From the NCBI RefSeq assembly GCF_006345805.1, contig NC_043000.1, forward strand, positions 89,342,001 to 89,406,000: DNA of 64,000 nt. Direction: 5' to 3'. This document shows, piece after piece, positions 1 through 13,126 of this stretch. The notes under the pieces are model-generated. The model was not told the origin of the DNA. It worked only from the letters and a program-made list of their open reading frames with translations, and searched no databases. This stretch comes from Octopus sinensis (taxonomy: Eukaryota). Each line of letters opens with the position of its first letter. Position 1 is the first letter of the stretch. The translations under genes and the position numbers were made by a program.

Positions 1-445
1 AACATAGAAGGGACAAACAAGGACAGACAAAGGGTTTAAGTCGTTTACATCGACCCAAGGGCGTAACTGATACTTATTTAATCGACCCCGAAATGATGAA
101 AGGCCAAGTCGACCTCGGCGGAATTTGAATTCAGAACGTAACGGCAGACGAAAGACTGCTAAGCATTCCGCCCGGCGTGCTAACGATTCTGCCAGCTCGC
201 CGTCCTATTGTTAATAACCATTGATGATTACTGACTTACTATTTAATAGTCCTTTCTACTATAGGTACAAAGCCCGAACTTTTTGGTTGGGGGTGGCTAG
301 TCCATTACATCGACCCCAGTGCTCAACTGGTTACTTACTTTATTGACCCCGAGAGGATGAAAGTCAAAGTCGACTTCGGTAGAATGTGAAATGAGAAAGA
401 CGGCGAAATGCTACTAAGCATTTAATCCGGCGCGCTAACTATTCT
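1..445 (-). mobile_element. Two copies of tRNA-derived SINE family B; others at ~4837-4998, 5660-5795(+), 11560-11890, 22831-23030, 36540-36800, 37830-38255, 39870-40075, 41143-41355, 52071-52205
   Basis: Minus-strand head ggcgagctggcagaatcgttagc...gaattcaaattccgccgaggtcgac, followed by a core ctttcatcctttcggggtcgat resembling the Meta-SINE domain. Many copies in the window. Confidence 0.8.
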
Positions 446-833
446 TCACTTCAGTGTCTCGTTGTAAATATTGATAGTAATTTATGATAACTCTTAATAA
501 CTGTATGAATAATAATACTATCATTAAAAGGATACTGTTAATAAATCATAAATAATAAAGTATTTTTTCATAATAATTTGTTGTTATTGATAATATAAAG
601 CACGATTGCTTTATTCAGGAGTTCGCTTTGAAATCACGTGGTTTCAGGTTCAGTCCCACTGAGTGGACTGTTGGAAGAACTGGCTCGAAGACATGCAAAT
701 GAGCGTAGAAAGTTGCAGATTGTGCTATTAAATGGGATTGCGGATTGAGTTTAGGACCTAAGTTGGTCATGGCACTATTTGAACACATATATACATATAC
801 ACATTTATATATATATCTACGCACACACATACA

Positions 834-899
<66 letters not shown>

Positions 900-911
900 T
901 ATATATATATA

Positions 912-1848
912 TAACCCACGCTGGTGGAAAGGGGAGAGCAGAAATTCTTCGCTTGCATATTCGAATTTGATAGCACTTTTAGTTCGAGCAGAATTCTAGA
1001 GGTGATTAGAAGCCGAAAGGGTATGCTCCCGACTTTCAGTGTTCCCAATCCGATTCAAGGAATTCTGAGCTGAAGAAAGAAATGTCGAATTGACTAATCT
1101 AGAAACGTACGTTCTCAAATAACTTTGCACTTGATTTTTTAATGTTTTTTCCCCCATACTTTTGTGAGTTAGTTTAGGCAAACACTATCTGAGAGAGATC
1201 TTCTTTAAGTATTAGAAATAGCTGAAGAAATTTCTTTAGCTGCTATTTCTAATGAGTTCAGTATGTGGCAAAGTATTTATTTTACTAAGCCCTTATATAT
1301 ATGTAATATTTTGAATTCGCCTATAATGGTCCCTTTACATACTGAATACTTGGTGAAATTGATTAATAATTAATTAATTTTACCCTCAATTGTTGAAATT
1401 ATAATTCATCTTTCTCTGCTAAATACTGCGGTTTTCACCGTTAATACATGGTGTTTGTCAATTTTAACCCACGCTGGTGGAAAGGGGAGAGCAGAAATTC
1501 TCGCGCTTGCATATTCGAATTTGATAGCACTTTTAGTTCGAGCAGAATTCTAGAGGTGATTAGAAGCCGAAAGGGTATGCTCCCGCTTTCAGTGTTCCCA
1601 AATCCGATTCAAGGAATTCTGAGCTGAAGAAAGAAATGTCGAATTGACTAATCTAGAAACGTACGTTCTCAAATAACCTTTGCACTTGATTTTTTAATGT
1701 TTTTTCCCCCATACTTTTGTGAGTTAGTTTAGGCAAACACTATCTGAGAGAGATCTTATTAAGTATAGAAAAATAGATGAAGAAATTTCTTTAGCTGCTA
1801 TTTCTAATGAGTTCAGTATGTGGCAAGTAATTTATTTTACTAAGCCCT

Positions 1849-1855
<7 letters not shown>
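912..1855 (+). repeat. Partial tandem duplication (~390-bp direct repeats, period ~553 bp), Penelope-like pseudo-LTR
   Basis: 912-1300 and 1465-1855 are near-identical. The block is flanked on both sides by (TA)n, and each copy carries a hammerhead-like motif. Confidence 0.75.
1066..1117 (+). ncRNA. Minimal hammerhead-ribozyme-like motif (second copy 1620-1671)
   Basis: TGAG-CTGAAGA-[imperfect stem II]-GAAA-CGTACG-TT-CTCA. Stem I is TGAG/CTCA and stem III is the palindrome ACGTACGT. The first stem II pair is an A.A mismatch. Confidence 0.55.
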
Positions 1856-1887
<32 letters not shown>

Positions 1888-2196
1888 TGTAGTAGATTTG
1901 TGACTGCTCGGTGGCACAGAAGTATTTTTTGACTTCTATTTTTATCGATGTAGGTTCTCATGTAGTGCCCTTGTGTATATATGTACATATCTAATATTGT
2001 ATATATATATTTTATTAATTTGCCTGTACAGCTGATAATTCGCTTGCCACTCGTGACAGTATTTTAATAATACCATCCCTATATTTATTTATAAATAATT
2101 TCACACATTTCGTTTGTTCCTATAGTGCTGGATCACTTCAAACGAACTTTTTCAGGTATCGAGGGGAAAACTTTAGTTGTAATTAGCTGGCAGACT

Positions 2197-2252
2197 TTGG
2201 CTGGTGAGAAATCAGGCACCTACTTGGCGCTAACTTTCGAAACCGGTACCAA
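2197..2252 (+). ncRNA. Minimal hammerhead-ribozyme-like motif with A6G core change
   Basis: TTGG-CTGGTGA-GAAA...TTTC-GAAA-CCGG-TA-CCAA. All three stems pair and stem III is the palindrome ACCGGT. It sits in a Penelope-like block bounded by ccatccctatat repeats at ~2073 and 2461. Confidence 0.55.
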
Positions 2253-2475
2253 GTTGACCAGCATTACTTGTACTGACCTAGCAGAGGTAAGACGTGTAGC
2301 GTGACACAAGAAGCCAGCGCCATTTTGTACGAGATCTCGCCGGCAGCCATTACCATGTCCAAGACAAGAGCGAGACCTCGCCTACAACGAAGTTTGCCAT
2401 GCGCGAGACCATTATAGACTTTATTATTGTTCACTGAAAGTTTTTCCTATCATGTTAACACCATCCCTATATATA

Positions 2476-2551
<76 letters not shown>

Positions 2552-2601
2552 GTGAAAATGGAAAGTTCTGTATTCATGTGGGTTAGGTATATAAGAAAGA
2601 A

Positions 2602-2889
2602 AAGAAACGTAAGAGTCATAGAAAGTTTGTATAATGAAATTACGGTGATATTAGGATCATATTACATCATTACATATATACAAATTAGATAAGTACTGGT
2701 TTCATGATCAACGATTGTCAACTTACATAGAGAAAATTTTTGATTGCAAAAAAATTTCTCTATATAAAATGACAATCGTTGATCATGAAACTGGTACTTA
2801 TTTAATTTGTATATATGTAATGATGTAATATGATCCTAATATCACCGTTAATTTTATTATACTAACTTTCTGTGACTCTTACATTTCTT
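2602..2889. repeat. ~290-bp near-perfect palindrome
   Basis: Arms of ~135 bp are reverse complements around a centre at ~2744. Each arm carries a degenerate hammerhead-like motif. Confidence 0.85.
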
Positions 2890-2939
2890 ATATATATATA
2901 TATATATATATATGTATACCTATATACATATAAATATAT

Positions 2940-2940
<1 letters not shown>

Positions 2941-2970
<30 letters not shown>

Positions 2971-3017
2971 AATAATAATAATATAATAATAATAATATAA
3001 TAATAATAATAATAATA

Positions 3018-3111
<94 letters not shown>

Positions 3112-3125
3112 TAATAATAATAATA
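2941..3125. repeat. (TAA)n/(TGA)n microsatellite, representative of dozens of (TA)n, (CA)n, (TACA)n, (TATC)n, (TAA)n and (GAA)n arrays in the window
   Basis: Read directly from the sequence. Confidence 0.95.
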
Positions 3126-3201
3126 GGTAGTATAACTCCAAACTTACAAGGAAAATTTCAACTTAGTATTAAATCAAATTTCACAATATAAATATATAAT
3201 A

Positions 3202-3493
3202 TATAAATTAGAGAAAAAAAACCACTATTATGCAATTCAAACAATGATAGACATAAACCAAATCATAAGTAAAAAATAAAATATATTTTTTGAAAGATAT
3301 AACTAGATCACAAAAAATACAAAAATTAATAAACAATAAACAATATATAATAAGTAAAAAAAGCCTATATATTGTTTTTTCATTCTTTTACTTTTTGTGA
3401 TCTAGTTATATGTTTTAAAATATATTTTATTTTTACTTATGATTTGGATTTTTGTTTGAGTTGCATAATATAGTGGTCTTTCTCTAATTTATA
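3202..3493. repeat. Imperfect AT-rich palindrome
   Basis: tataaattagagaaa...aactagatcacaaaaa pairs with tttttgtgatctagtt...tttctctaatttata. Confidence 0.75.
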
Positions 3494-3669
3494 CTACATA
3501 TATATATATATATATACATACATGCACATGCATATATTCGTACACACATACATAGATGCATACAACAAGGGAGAATGCTTGGATTTAGATGATTCTATAA
3601 AAGATATCAATATTAGTCATCTATTTCTTCTGGCTTTCAAGAATATAAAAAGTGACGATAAAAGCTTAC

Positions 3670-4233
3670 CAACACATGTTTTGTTAGCGACAGTGTCCAC
3701 TATATGAATCAAATTGTTAAAATCTCTCGCGTTGAATACATGAGAACTATCCGGATCTGTTGCAATTTCGTTTAATTCTTTGCGACTAATTGAAGAGCCG
3801 ATCCCAATGGAAATCAATGTGATATTGCTATGTCTTGCAGCTTCAGCTTCTAATTTGGTGTCCTCAGGCAATGTCGATTCACCGTCGGTTATTATAACAC
3901 CAATTTTTGGTACATTAGTACGAGCACCGTTGGCGTGGGTGAACATGTGATAATGCATAAAGTTAATAGCTTGATCTGTGTAGGTATTACCAACTTTGTA
4001 GTGTATTTTTGAGATGGCTTTCTTGATGGCACTTTTGCTATTGAATTTGTTCAGGTGAAATTCTAGATGGGGACGGCTGTTGTAACTCATAGCACCGATT
4101 TGTATATGTTTTGGACCAATTTCGAATTTGTCTACGAGTTTCTCGACAAAATCAAGCATCTTATGGAAGTTTTTGTAACCGACACTTGCTGAGGAATCCA
4201 TAACAAAGACAATATCAGCCGTAGCGTAACATT
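3670..4233 (-). CDS. Exon 15: VWA domain 5 (single 564-nt exon)
   Basis: Acceptor tttcccag|AA. Translation ECYATADIVFVMDSSASVG...GNTYT...ITDG...NKTCV. Donor G|GTAAGC implies further exons downstream. Confidence 0.92.
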
Positions 4234-4375
4234 CTGGGAAACAAATGAAACAAAACTATTTAAAACATAGTGAAATTAATGACTAAATACATAATTACAA
4301 CATATAATAAACAATATCTTTTGAGAAAGTTTCGAGAAGTAAAAAAAACACATTGTAAACATATTAGAAAAGTAG

Positions 4376-4431
<56 letters not shown>

Positions 4432-4495
4432 AACAGCTGTAAGATAATACATACTTACAAAGCATTCAGGTTTTTTTTACAAATATTATATGTAG

Positions 4496-4544
<49 letters not shown>

Positions 4545-4576
4545 TAAATGCATGTATACATATGTACATATACATA

Positions 4577-4790
4577 TACGAAAGGTACTGAAAATTCCTG
4601 GCTGTAAGGATATCGTGAAAGGCCTGGCTGGAGGCCCAACCTTCCGAGTTCTTTCACAGGGCTTAGAAAAACTGAAGGACCACTGCAATAAGTGTGTGAA
4701 TCTGAGAAATATATTGAATAAAATCATAATTAAACGATCCTCCTGTATCTTCTTTTACCCAAAACCAGGAACTTTTTCAGTATCCTCACG
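4577..4790 (+). mobile_element. Short mariner-derived non-autonomous element
   Basis: Imperfect TIRs (tactgaaaattcctgg / ccaggaactttttcagta). The interior encodes a mariner-like C-terminal remnant (SQGLEKLKDHCNKCVNLR). Confidence 0.6.
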
Positions 4791-5489
4791 TGTAAGCATA
4801 TATATATATATATTGATTTATAAGTAACTCTAATAATCCTTTCTGCAAACGGCACAATGTTTCGAGGGAGCGGACCAGTTGATTACATTAACCCCATTGA
4901 TTCACTGGTATTTAATTTATCGATCCCGAAAGGATGAAAGGCAAGGTCGACCTCGGCGGAATTTGAACGTGCTAACGATTCTGCCAGCTCGCCGCCTTAC
5001 GTAACTCTAATAATGTAAACTATTTATTCACATGCTTCCTGTATGCAGAGGCCGAGTGTTAAGAAACACTACATAACTCAAATCAGGCGAAACAAATCGT
5101 AGGTGATTGAGAATGATGAATAGTAATATTTCTCTGTTTTTGCAGCCCTCTTTTCCTTCTTTTAGCATCGTGTACTCAAACCACCTCGAAACGAACTGCA
5201 ATCGCTGGTCTGATGTATATATACAAATATTACAGAGTCTATCTGCTGAAGCGCAACGGCACCGCACAGGTAAAGCAAAATTATAGGATAAGCAACTTTA
5301 ATAATATAAACATTATCGATCCTACATTCTGTATGCTTTTATTATACACTCATTAGCTGCGGAATAGCGACAGACCGAAAAGCCTCTTTAAAACACCGTG
5401 TCTTAAGAAACAATAGACACTTCAAACCAGGCGATATATATCATATATCATATATATATAATATATATATGTATGCATACATACATACA

Positions 5490-5525
<36 letters not shown>

Positions 5526-7300
5526 TGTATGTATGTATGCATACATACTTGTGCGATTAAAAAATTCGCTTCGCACCCATGTCGTTTTCGGTAACTTGGG
5601 CAAGTGCTTTCTAAAATAGCTTGGATAACAAAAAAAAATAACTTCTATTATTCTACATAATTCTGCCGAGGTCGACTTTGCCTTTCATCCTTTCGGGGTC
5701 GATTAATTAAGTGCCAGACAAGTACTGAGGGTCGATGTAATCGACTATATCCGTCCCCAAAAGGTTCAAGGCCTAGTGCCTTCAGTAGAAAGAGTTATTA
5801 TACATAATTGAATGATTCTATAAGATTATGATCAAAAAGCATAGTGTATTGGATATTATTAATTGAAGTGACTCCGATACTTTTCTGACGCTTAGTATAT
5901 CCTTTATTAAAGTTAATACTTATAAACACACAAATCCGACGTTAATACTTATTCAATTTAATCAAATGTTTTCAGAAAACAAGAGTTATGTAAAAATTCT
6001 GTGAAAGCGTGTTCATAGTTAATAGAGGACAATAACTATTTGTCCTTGAAAGATAATGTGTATGTATTTCACAGTTCATAAAAAATCACTACATTCCGTT
6101 TAAGAAAGTTTTCTCAAATGTTGTTTATGCAGATTATTGATAAAATAGGTATAGGTATTAAAAATACTTGACCTCGATATAGCGAGTCTGGTTAAAGTCC
6201 ACGAAGTATATTTTGATCTTTCGGCAGATAATAATGGAGTGCTGGAGGGCTTTTTTTCTTATTAGATAATATGGGGAAAATGGATAATTAACATATACTT
6301 TACTCGCTTAATTAGGCTTGAGATAGGGTTATGTTTGCGCAGTTGATACGATTGAAGTTCAATTTGAAGTCATAACAATTGACATTGAGCTATGGGAAAA
6401 CGCCGACTGAAAGATACACGTCTGTGGAAGAAATATTCATCAGATATTTTTACTGTTGAATGTGGCGTGAACCGGCAGGAGTGTTGAATGGAAGTCAGCA
6501 TGCGATTCAGAGCAGAAAAATTCGAGAAAGTAGAGGTTGTTGCAATAATCTCAAGAAAGAGAGAAAATTAGAGTAGACATAATGGACTTTATGTCCGGTA
6601 ATTGTAATATTATGACCTCTTAATGATTGCATATTAACCGGATGATTTTATATATACATGTGTTTAAGCGAGTTTGTGTGCGACTAGTTCTCTTGTATAG
6701 TGCATACCTGTGCATGAAAACCCACTGTGAAAGAAAGTTTGTAAAGTACCAGACTACTCATTATTCATTAATTTATGTGGCGGCCAGTTTCACCATAGAA
6801 AATGAAACAGGCTCCAAACAAACTGAGAGGTCAATACTGGTTCAATTCCTCGTTGGAACTGTTTCATTTCCCTTATGCTAATAATTATTTTCTTAAATTA
6901 CATATCGTAATTACTTTCTTAAATTCCATATCGTTCATGCTTATTCAAAATGTGCCATTTGTCACGTATTTTCATACATTCTATACAATTTGAAGAGTAA
7001 ATAAGTATGTAACCTAGAAGCGTACGGAGTAGAGCAAATCAGTGTATATCATATATTTTTGTTTATTTCTGTAAAGAGATTTAATTGCAAAATTGAAGAT
7101 TCACGTAAGAATTAACGGCTATTCACCCCTTCTTTATGCTTTAAGTACTTTTATAAATGTTCAACTATTGCCCATTCTAAAACTGTCAAAACCAAATATT
7201 GAAAAAAAATTAAAAACATTCGACTGCAAACATCAGATATGAATTCATGTGATTGCACTACATAATTCCGGGAATTTAAATAGAAATCTGTTCAACTCAC

Positions 7301-7330
7301 CTGATGCAGTTCCGTTCTCATGAGGAGCAA
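7301..7330 (-). CDS. Exon 14: 30-nt linker micro-exon (VAPHENGTAS)
   Basis: ttttccag|TTGCTCCTCATGAGAACGGAACTGCATCAG|GTGAGT. Phase 1-1, contains an NGT sequon. Confidence 0.8.
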
Positions 7331-8561
7331 CTGGAAAATTAAATATGGATAATATGAGTTTATCATAAATACTACGGAAAGTCAAAAAAATGTTACGGTA
7401 GAATCATTTATTTTGTAGCAACACTCTAGGATAAGAACAATGATGCATCCTGAACGGCAAGCTGTATGTATTATATTTGTTAGGTTCAAGTAGGCCAGAA
7501 TAGGCGAAAATATGAAGTACGAGAGGTTTTCTATGTCATATTATAGAGGCACATACTTTTCGTGTTTGCAATGTATGTGAAAGAATTTCAGAACAAACTA
7601 TTGAACACTTGTGTAAATTGTTTTGCGGGAACTCAATTGCGGATTTGTTATCAAATAATGAATGAAGTGAAATCTAAGGAAATGTAATTCTAATAGACGT
7701 GAGTTCAGTTTAGATTTATTTCATATGAGACATTCCCACGATAACATATACCTGTTTTGCAATAAGTCATTGTCAAAATGAGGATATACCTTAGCGACTG
7801 TCAATGCATGACTACAAATAAGTGACCATCAATATGCGAGTGCCATGACAATATTGTCAACAAAATTTCAATAAATGATTAACAATTGATAGATGTCAGC
7901 AAGTGAATGTCAATAAATAAATATCAAAAAGTGATTCTGAACAAAATAGCGTCCATGAGTGGCTATTATTAAAATAATGTTAATAAAAGCCAGTTAAAAG
8001 TTAATGAATATTAAAATATATGGTAAGGCCTAAAAAAGGGACTCTAACGCAAAAAAAAGCTTATGGTTAGAAAAAATAGTAAATCCAAGAAAAATGGTAT
8101 GTGCATATTATGTATTTGTGTACCTAGTTGAGTGTAAGTGTATGAGAGTTGTTAATACGTTATACAAATATCTGAAGGGTTAGTAATTCGTATCTCTTCA
8201 TCACTAATGCATTATATATACGGCTAAAATTCTGAAGACACTTAGCTGCAAATATGTATTGTATGACAGGAAAAGCTCATGGTTTTAAGCATTGGTAGCT
8301 CCGTAAAATTTACGAGTATTTTGCAAGATTGCATGGGTTCACCATGTCATGTATTGATTGGTTCGTGTATTAAGATGATATCTGTCAGGCAGGTTTACAC
8401 AAGATGCTCATCATTAAGGGGTTTATCAGCGATTCTCATAGGAACTGATATATATAAACAAACGCTAAAACACACACACACACACAAATATATGCATACA
8501 TCAATACATGCATACATGATCGTTATTATTGTACATTTAAAATAATTATAGGTGTTATTAC

Positions 8562-8984
8562 CGTTACAGGAAGACTTCGATAATCTTGAGGCAATGGAGT
8601 GTAGAACAGCAAAGTCTTCAACTCTAAATTCGAAATCACTTTTTGGTGAGCTGGAAATATGCGCCAGTAGGTTTGTATTTATATCTCCAATGCCAACGGT
8701 AAATAATAAAATGCCGCTGTTCTTTATCTTCTGTGCTTCACTCTGAACGTTGACCGGTCCATTCGACTGACCGTCCGTAATCAATATAGCAATGCGTGTA
8801 ACGTTTGGTCGAAGTCCATTACTAAATGTCATACTTTGTGAGAACAGTCTTTCCAATCCTTCACCGGTATGAGTGCTACCGCCGTGATACCGGATTTTAT
8901 TGATGGCAGCCAGAAGAGAAGAAGTGTCATTATAACTATCCAATGCAAATTCAGTCCTAGTAGCACTGTCGAACGAATCAATAC
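8562..8984 (-). CDS. Exon 13: VWA domain 4, C-terminal part (423 nt)
   Basis: Acceptor ttctacag|GT. Translation GIDSFDSATR...GGSTHTG...ITDG...KSSCN. Donor G|GTAAT. Confidence 0.92.
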
Positions 8985-9150
8985 CTGTAGAAAAATGGAA
9001 TATAATATAATGTAACAAGAATATATTATTACTTATTTACCTTGTATCTTAACTTGAGAGTGAAGTTATATTTTTAAGTGTTCTGCAGATGATAGAGTTC
9101 AGAAACAGAGAATTATAAGTTAAGATTTCAAAATGTATTACTAGTCTGAA

Positions 9151-9242
<92 letters not shown>

Positions 9243-9358
9243 CATCTATCTATCTGTCTATCTGTCAATCTATCTCACTCTCTCTCTCTGTCTATATATA
9301 CTATATATATATATATAATATATATATAATATATATATATTATATATATATATATATA

Positions 9359-9392
<34 letters not shown>

Positions 9393-9559
9393 CATAAATA
9401 TATATCTATATATACATATGCATCTATATACAAATATTTATATAGACATAAACACATAGATAATAGACAGATAGATAGCTATTCTTTATATATATGAGTA
9501 TTTACATATATGTTCAAACATAGATTCATACATACATATATGTATTTATATATAAATAA

Positions 9560-9590
<31 letters not shown>

Positions 9591-9613
9591 ATATATATGT
9601 AAATATATATATG

Positions 9614-9652
<39 letters not shown>

Positions 9653-9734
9653 TATATATTATTGCCATACTAATATATCCAGTAACGCTGCCGTAATCTC
9701 CTTTAGAGAGACTTAGTAATTTTAGTATTTCTAT

Positions 9735-9766
<32 letters not shown>

Positions 9767-9984
9767 ATATATTATATATATATATATACATATGCATATA
9801 TTTATATAGACAGATACATGCATAGACAGACAGATAGTCAGACAGTCAGACAGTCCGACAGACACACAGACAGATAGATAGATAGATCGATATTCTTTAT
9901 ATATACGAGTCTTTACATATATGTTCAAACTTACATACACACATACATACGTACCATACATACATACATACATACATACATACA

Positions 9985-10016
<32 letters not shown>

Positions 10017-10428
10017 ATTATATATATATATCATTTGTGAATAATATTCACATATTTAAATATTTTATAGCTTTATAATGGGACATCATCGAAAACGGAT
10101 AGCTAGCCAACTGGCTCATCAATGACCAATCGATTTTGAAATTTCTTCCCCTTCAATGATAACGAAACATCCTATCTGATTTATAGCATTCATCTTAATT
10201 GATATTGAATCCTTTCACTTAGTATTATATAAAATTACTTTATACCAACGTATATGTTTAATTCTTTATTATCTTCCTAATTACAAGTAAATCGATTGCA
10301 TTCTTGAATCACAAATTAATTTCATGGCTCTTTTTGCAGAATGAGTTCATGGCTTTAGAATTGAACACTAATTAAATTCATGATTATCAAAAGGTACAGC
10401 TGAGATCAGTGTCCTAATAGATATGTCA

Positions 10429-10505
<77 letters not shown>

Positions 10506-10788
10506 TAATAATAATAATAAATGCAGTAGCAAGAAGTGGCTCTCTCGGCTCCTAATCTTAAGTGTTATTATGTGCATTGTTTCGTTTTGGTATACATGAT
10601 TCGGCACTGATCTCAGCTGTACTTTTAGATATTTTTAGAAGAAGAAGAAGAAGAAGAAGAAGAAGAAGAAGAAGAAGAAGAAATGATTATATTGTGTCCA
10701 TCTCCCTGTTGAAATAACAATGCAATTGCAGTCGAGAAGCTGAATTTCGAAATACCAAATAAAAAAAAAATTTTATAATATTACTTAC

Positions 10789-10926
10789 CTATTTGTACTT
10801 GATCAGGGCCGATCGTAAATCTATTACTGATGGTTGTCACAAAATTTAGAACTTTCTGGAAATTACTTTTACCGATGCTTGCAGAGGAATCCAGGACAAA
10901 TACAATATCAGCTCGCGCTGGACATT
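10789..10926 (-). CDS. Exon 12: VWA domain 4, N-terminal part (138 nt)
   Basis: Acceptor tcgcttag|AA. Translation KCPARADIVFVLDSSASIG...DQVQI. Donor G|GTAAGT. Confidence 0.92.
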
Positions 10927-11151
10927 CTAAGCGAGGAATAAAAACAGGTATTAATTTTTTAATATATGAAGACATTTTTGTGTGGTTGAGAAATTTCCTT
11001 TTCAACTACGTTGACTTGAGTTCGTCCCACTGAGCAAAACCTTGAGCAAGTTTGTTATATTTTAGTCCCGGGCTTTGTATGGATTTGGTAAACGGAAACT
11101 GAAAGAAGCTTGCCGTATGTCTGTGTGTGTTCGTGTGTGTGTGTGTGTGTG

Positions 11152-11184
<33 letters not shown>

Positions 11185-13087
11185 CATGTGTGTATGCTTT
11201 TGTGTTTTTGTTTGTCATCCACCATCGCTTGACAACCAGTGTTGGTTTGTGTACGTTTACGTTTCCGTATCCTATCGGTTCGGCAAATAATCAATAGAAT
11301 ATGTACCATGCTTAAAATTTCAGTACTGGCGTCGATTTGTTCGATCGCACCTTTCAAGGCAGTGTCCCTACATGGCTGCAGTCCAATGAGTGAAACTAGC
11401 ACAAAAAGGGTAAAAGGAAAGGTATTCGATGAGAGGGGACGGAGAGGATGAAGATAATCACTAATAGATTTGCAGTTTCTAAATTCGAGAGATGTTCAGT
11501 TAGATGTTTAGGGAGTTACATTCCTTGGTATTGATAACGAACACAACTGGAGACGTAATGGTCACTGATTTATGCACAAGGCCAGCAGAATTGTAAGAAA
11601 AGCTTTAGTCAATACCATCGATCACACTACTTGGCTGGTACAGCATTTCATCAAACCTGGAGGGATGAAAGCCTTGACGGAATTTGAGCTCAAAAAGTAA
11701 AAAATCGTGACCAACAAAATACTAAACGTTTTTCTGGCGCTCTAACGATTCTGCCGATCAGCCGCCGTTACACAGCTCAGATAATTCAACCGACCTCGGC
11801 GAAATTTGAACTCTGAACGTAAAGACGAACAAAATGCCTCTAGGTAGTTTGTACGGCATACTAACGATTTTATCAGTTCACTGTCTTAATACAGCGCAAG
11901 AAATAATGACAACAATATTTTAAAATATTTCTAGTTCAATCCCCAAGGTTTCCAACTTTTAAATATCTCGTCCACTTTCAAATTAAGGTCGATTTCTAAA
12001 CAGAAACTAGGATATTTTCCCACAGAAATATTTTGAGAAGAAAATCTCAATCAATCATTTCTAATGTTGTTTAATTAAAATTTAATCAAATAATATTGTG
12101 TGAAGTACGTTGATATAATAGAGTTTTATAAGTTGCTTCATAATAGTCCTCCTAAGATACAACATATTTAATATAATTTAATTTTTAAAAATCTCTCATA
12201 ACGGAAATTTAATTGCTGTTTCCAGCATTAATCATATTAATCTCTAACATTCTTATCAAAGCCAGATACAATTATTACTTACATCCCCAACAAATAATCA
12301 CTGCTACCTCGTCAAAGTTAAGAGAAATGATGACTCATTGTAATACATTCAAAGTATTTTCTAAGAGCTATTTATACATATTATACAGGGGCTTACTTTA
12401 TTAGAATTAGAATTTGCAGCATTCATTTAGTTTACAGACTTCTCTCAAGCAATAAGTTCAGACGCAATGCGTACCTCTAGCTTTGGGGCATTACACATTG
12501 AGAGATAAATGTCCACTTGTACAGGACATCGGTCTATTTATAAGTATCAGTTCACAATGTTTTAGTACCTTCCCTGAGACGATCTGATACTGATCACAAA
12601 GTTTTCTGCATTAAAACACAACGAAAATCCAGTGGAAACTTTCTAGTGAAAGTAGTTCAAATTTTATCCATTCAGCTATTTTACATCTACTCTCTCTTCA
12701 ATTATTAGCGATAAACCCACTCTTACTATCCATTTTAATGTCAGCAGTCTTATAATTCTTTCAGTTTTTAAATATCAGAGGCTAACAGCATCTCCGTCGA
12801 GACAAGAATACATTAGCACACAGGCGAAATAACTGAGAATCTAATTGTTTATGCGTTATGAATTAAAATAGTATATGCAGATTCTCAACTGAACTTCTGC
12901 GGAAATAAATTCCACAAAAGTAGTACCATAGTAAAATGAAATAACCTCGAACACGCAAAACATGATGTGAATTATCTAATAAGATGGTTTTGTATAACTA
13001 AGATAATCAAATAGAAAATAAAATGGAGAAAAATGAAAACAATCATTGTTCAGCCACAAATACAATAATTATTCAAGTTCTACTTAC

Positions 13088-13126
13088 TCTCGATAATTAC
13101 TGGTGACTCTGTTGTATTTTTCTGTG
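13088..13126 (-). CDS. Exon 11: 39-nt linker micro-exon (AQKNTTESPVIIE)
   Basis: tatttacag|CACAG...ATCGAGA|GTAAGT. Phase 1-1, open frame, contains an NTT sequon. Confidence 0.75.

Noticed and set aside
3617-3669. Read-through tail GKLLSSLFIFLKARRNR* as the gene's true C-terminus
   Set aside because: A consensus phase-1 donor (G|GTAAGC) sits right after the domain-closing Cys, as in the other domains. No convincing next exon was found in 1-3669, so the gene likely continues outside the window. Intron retention cannot be excluded.
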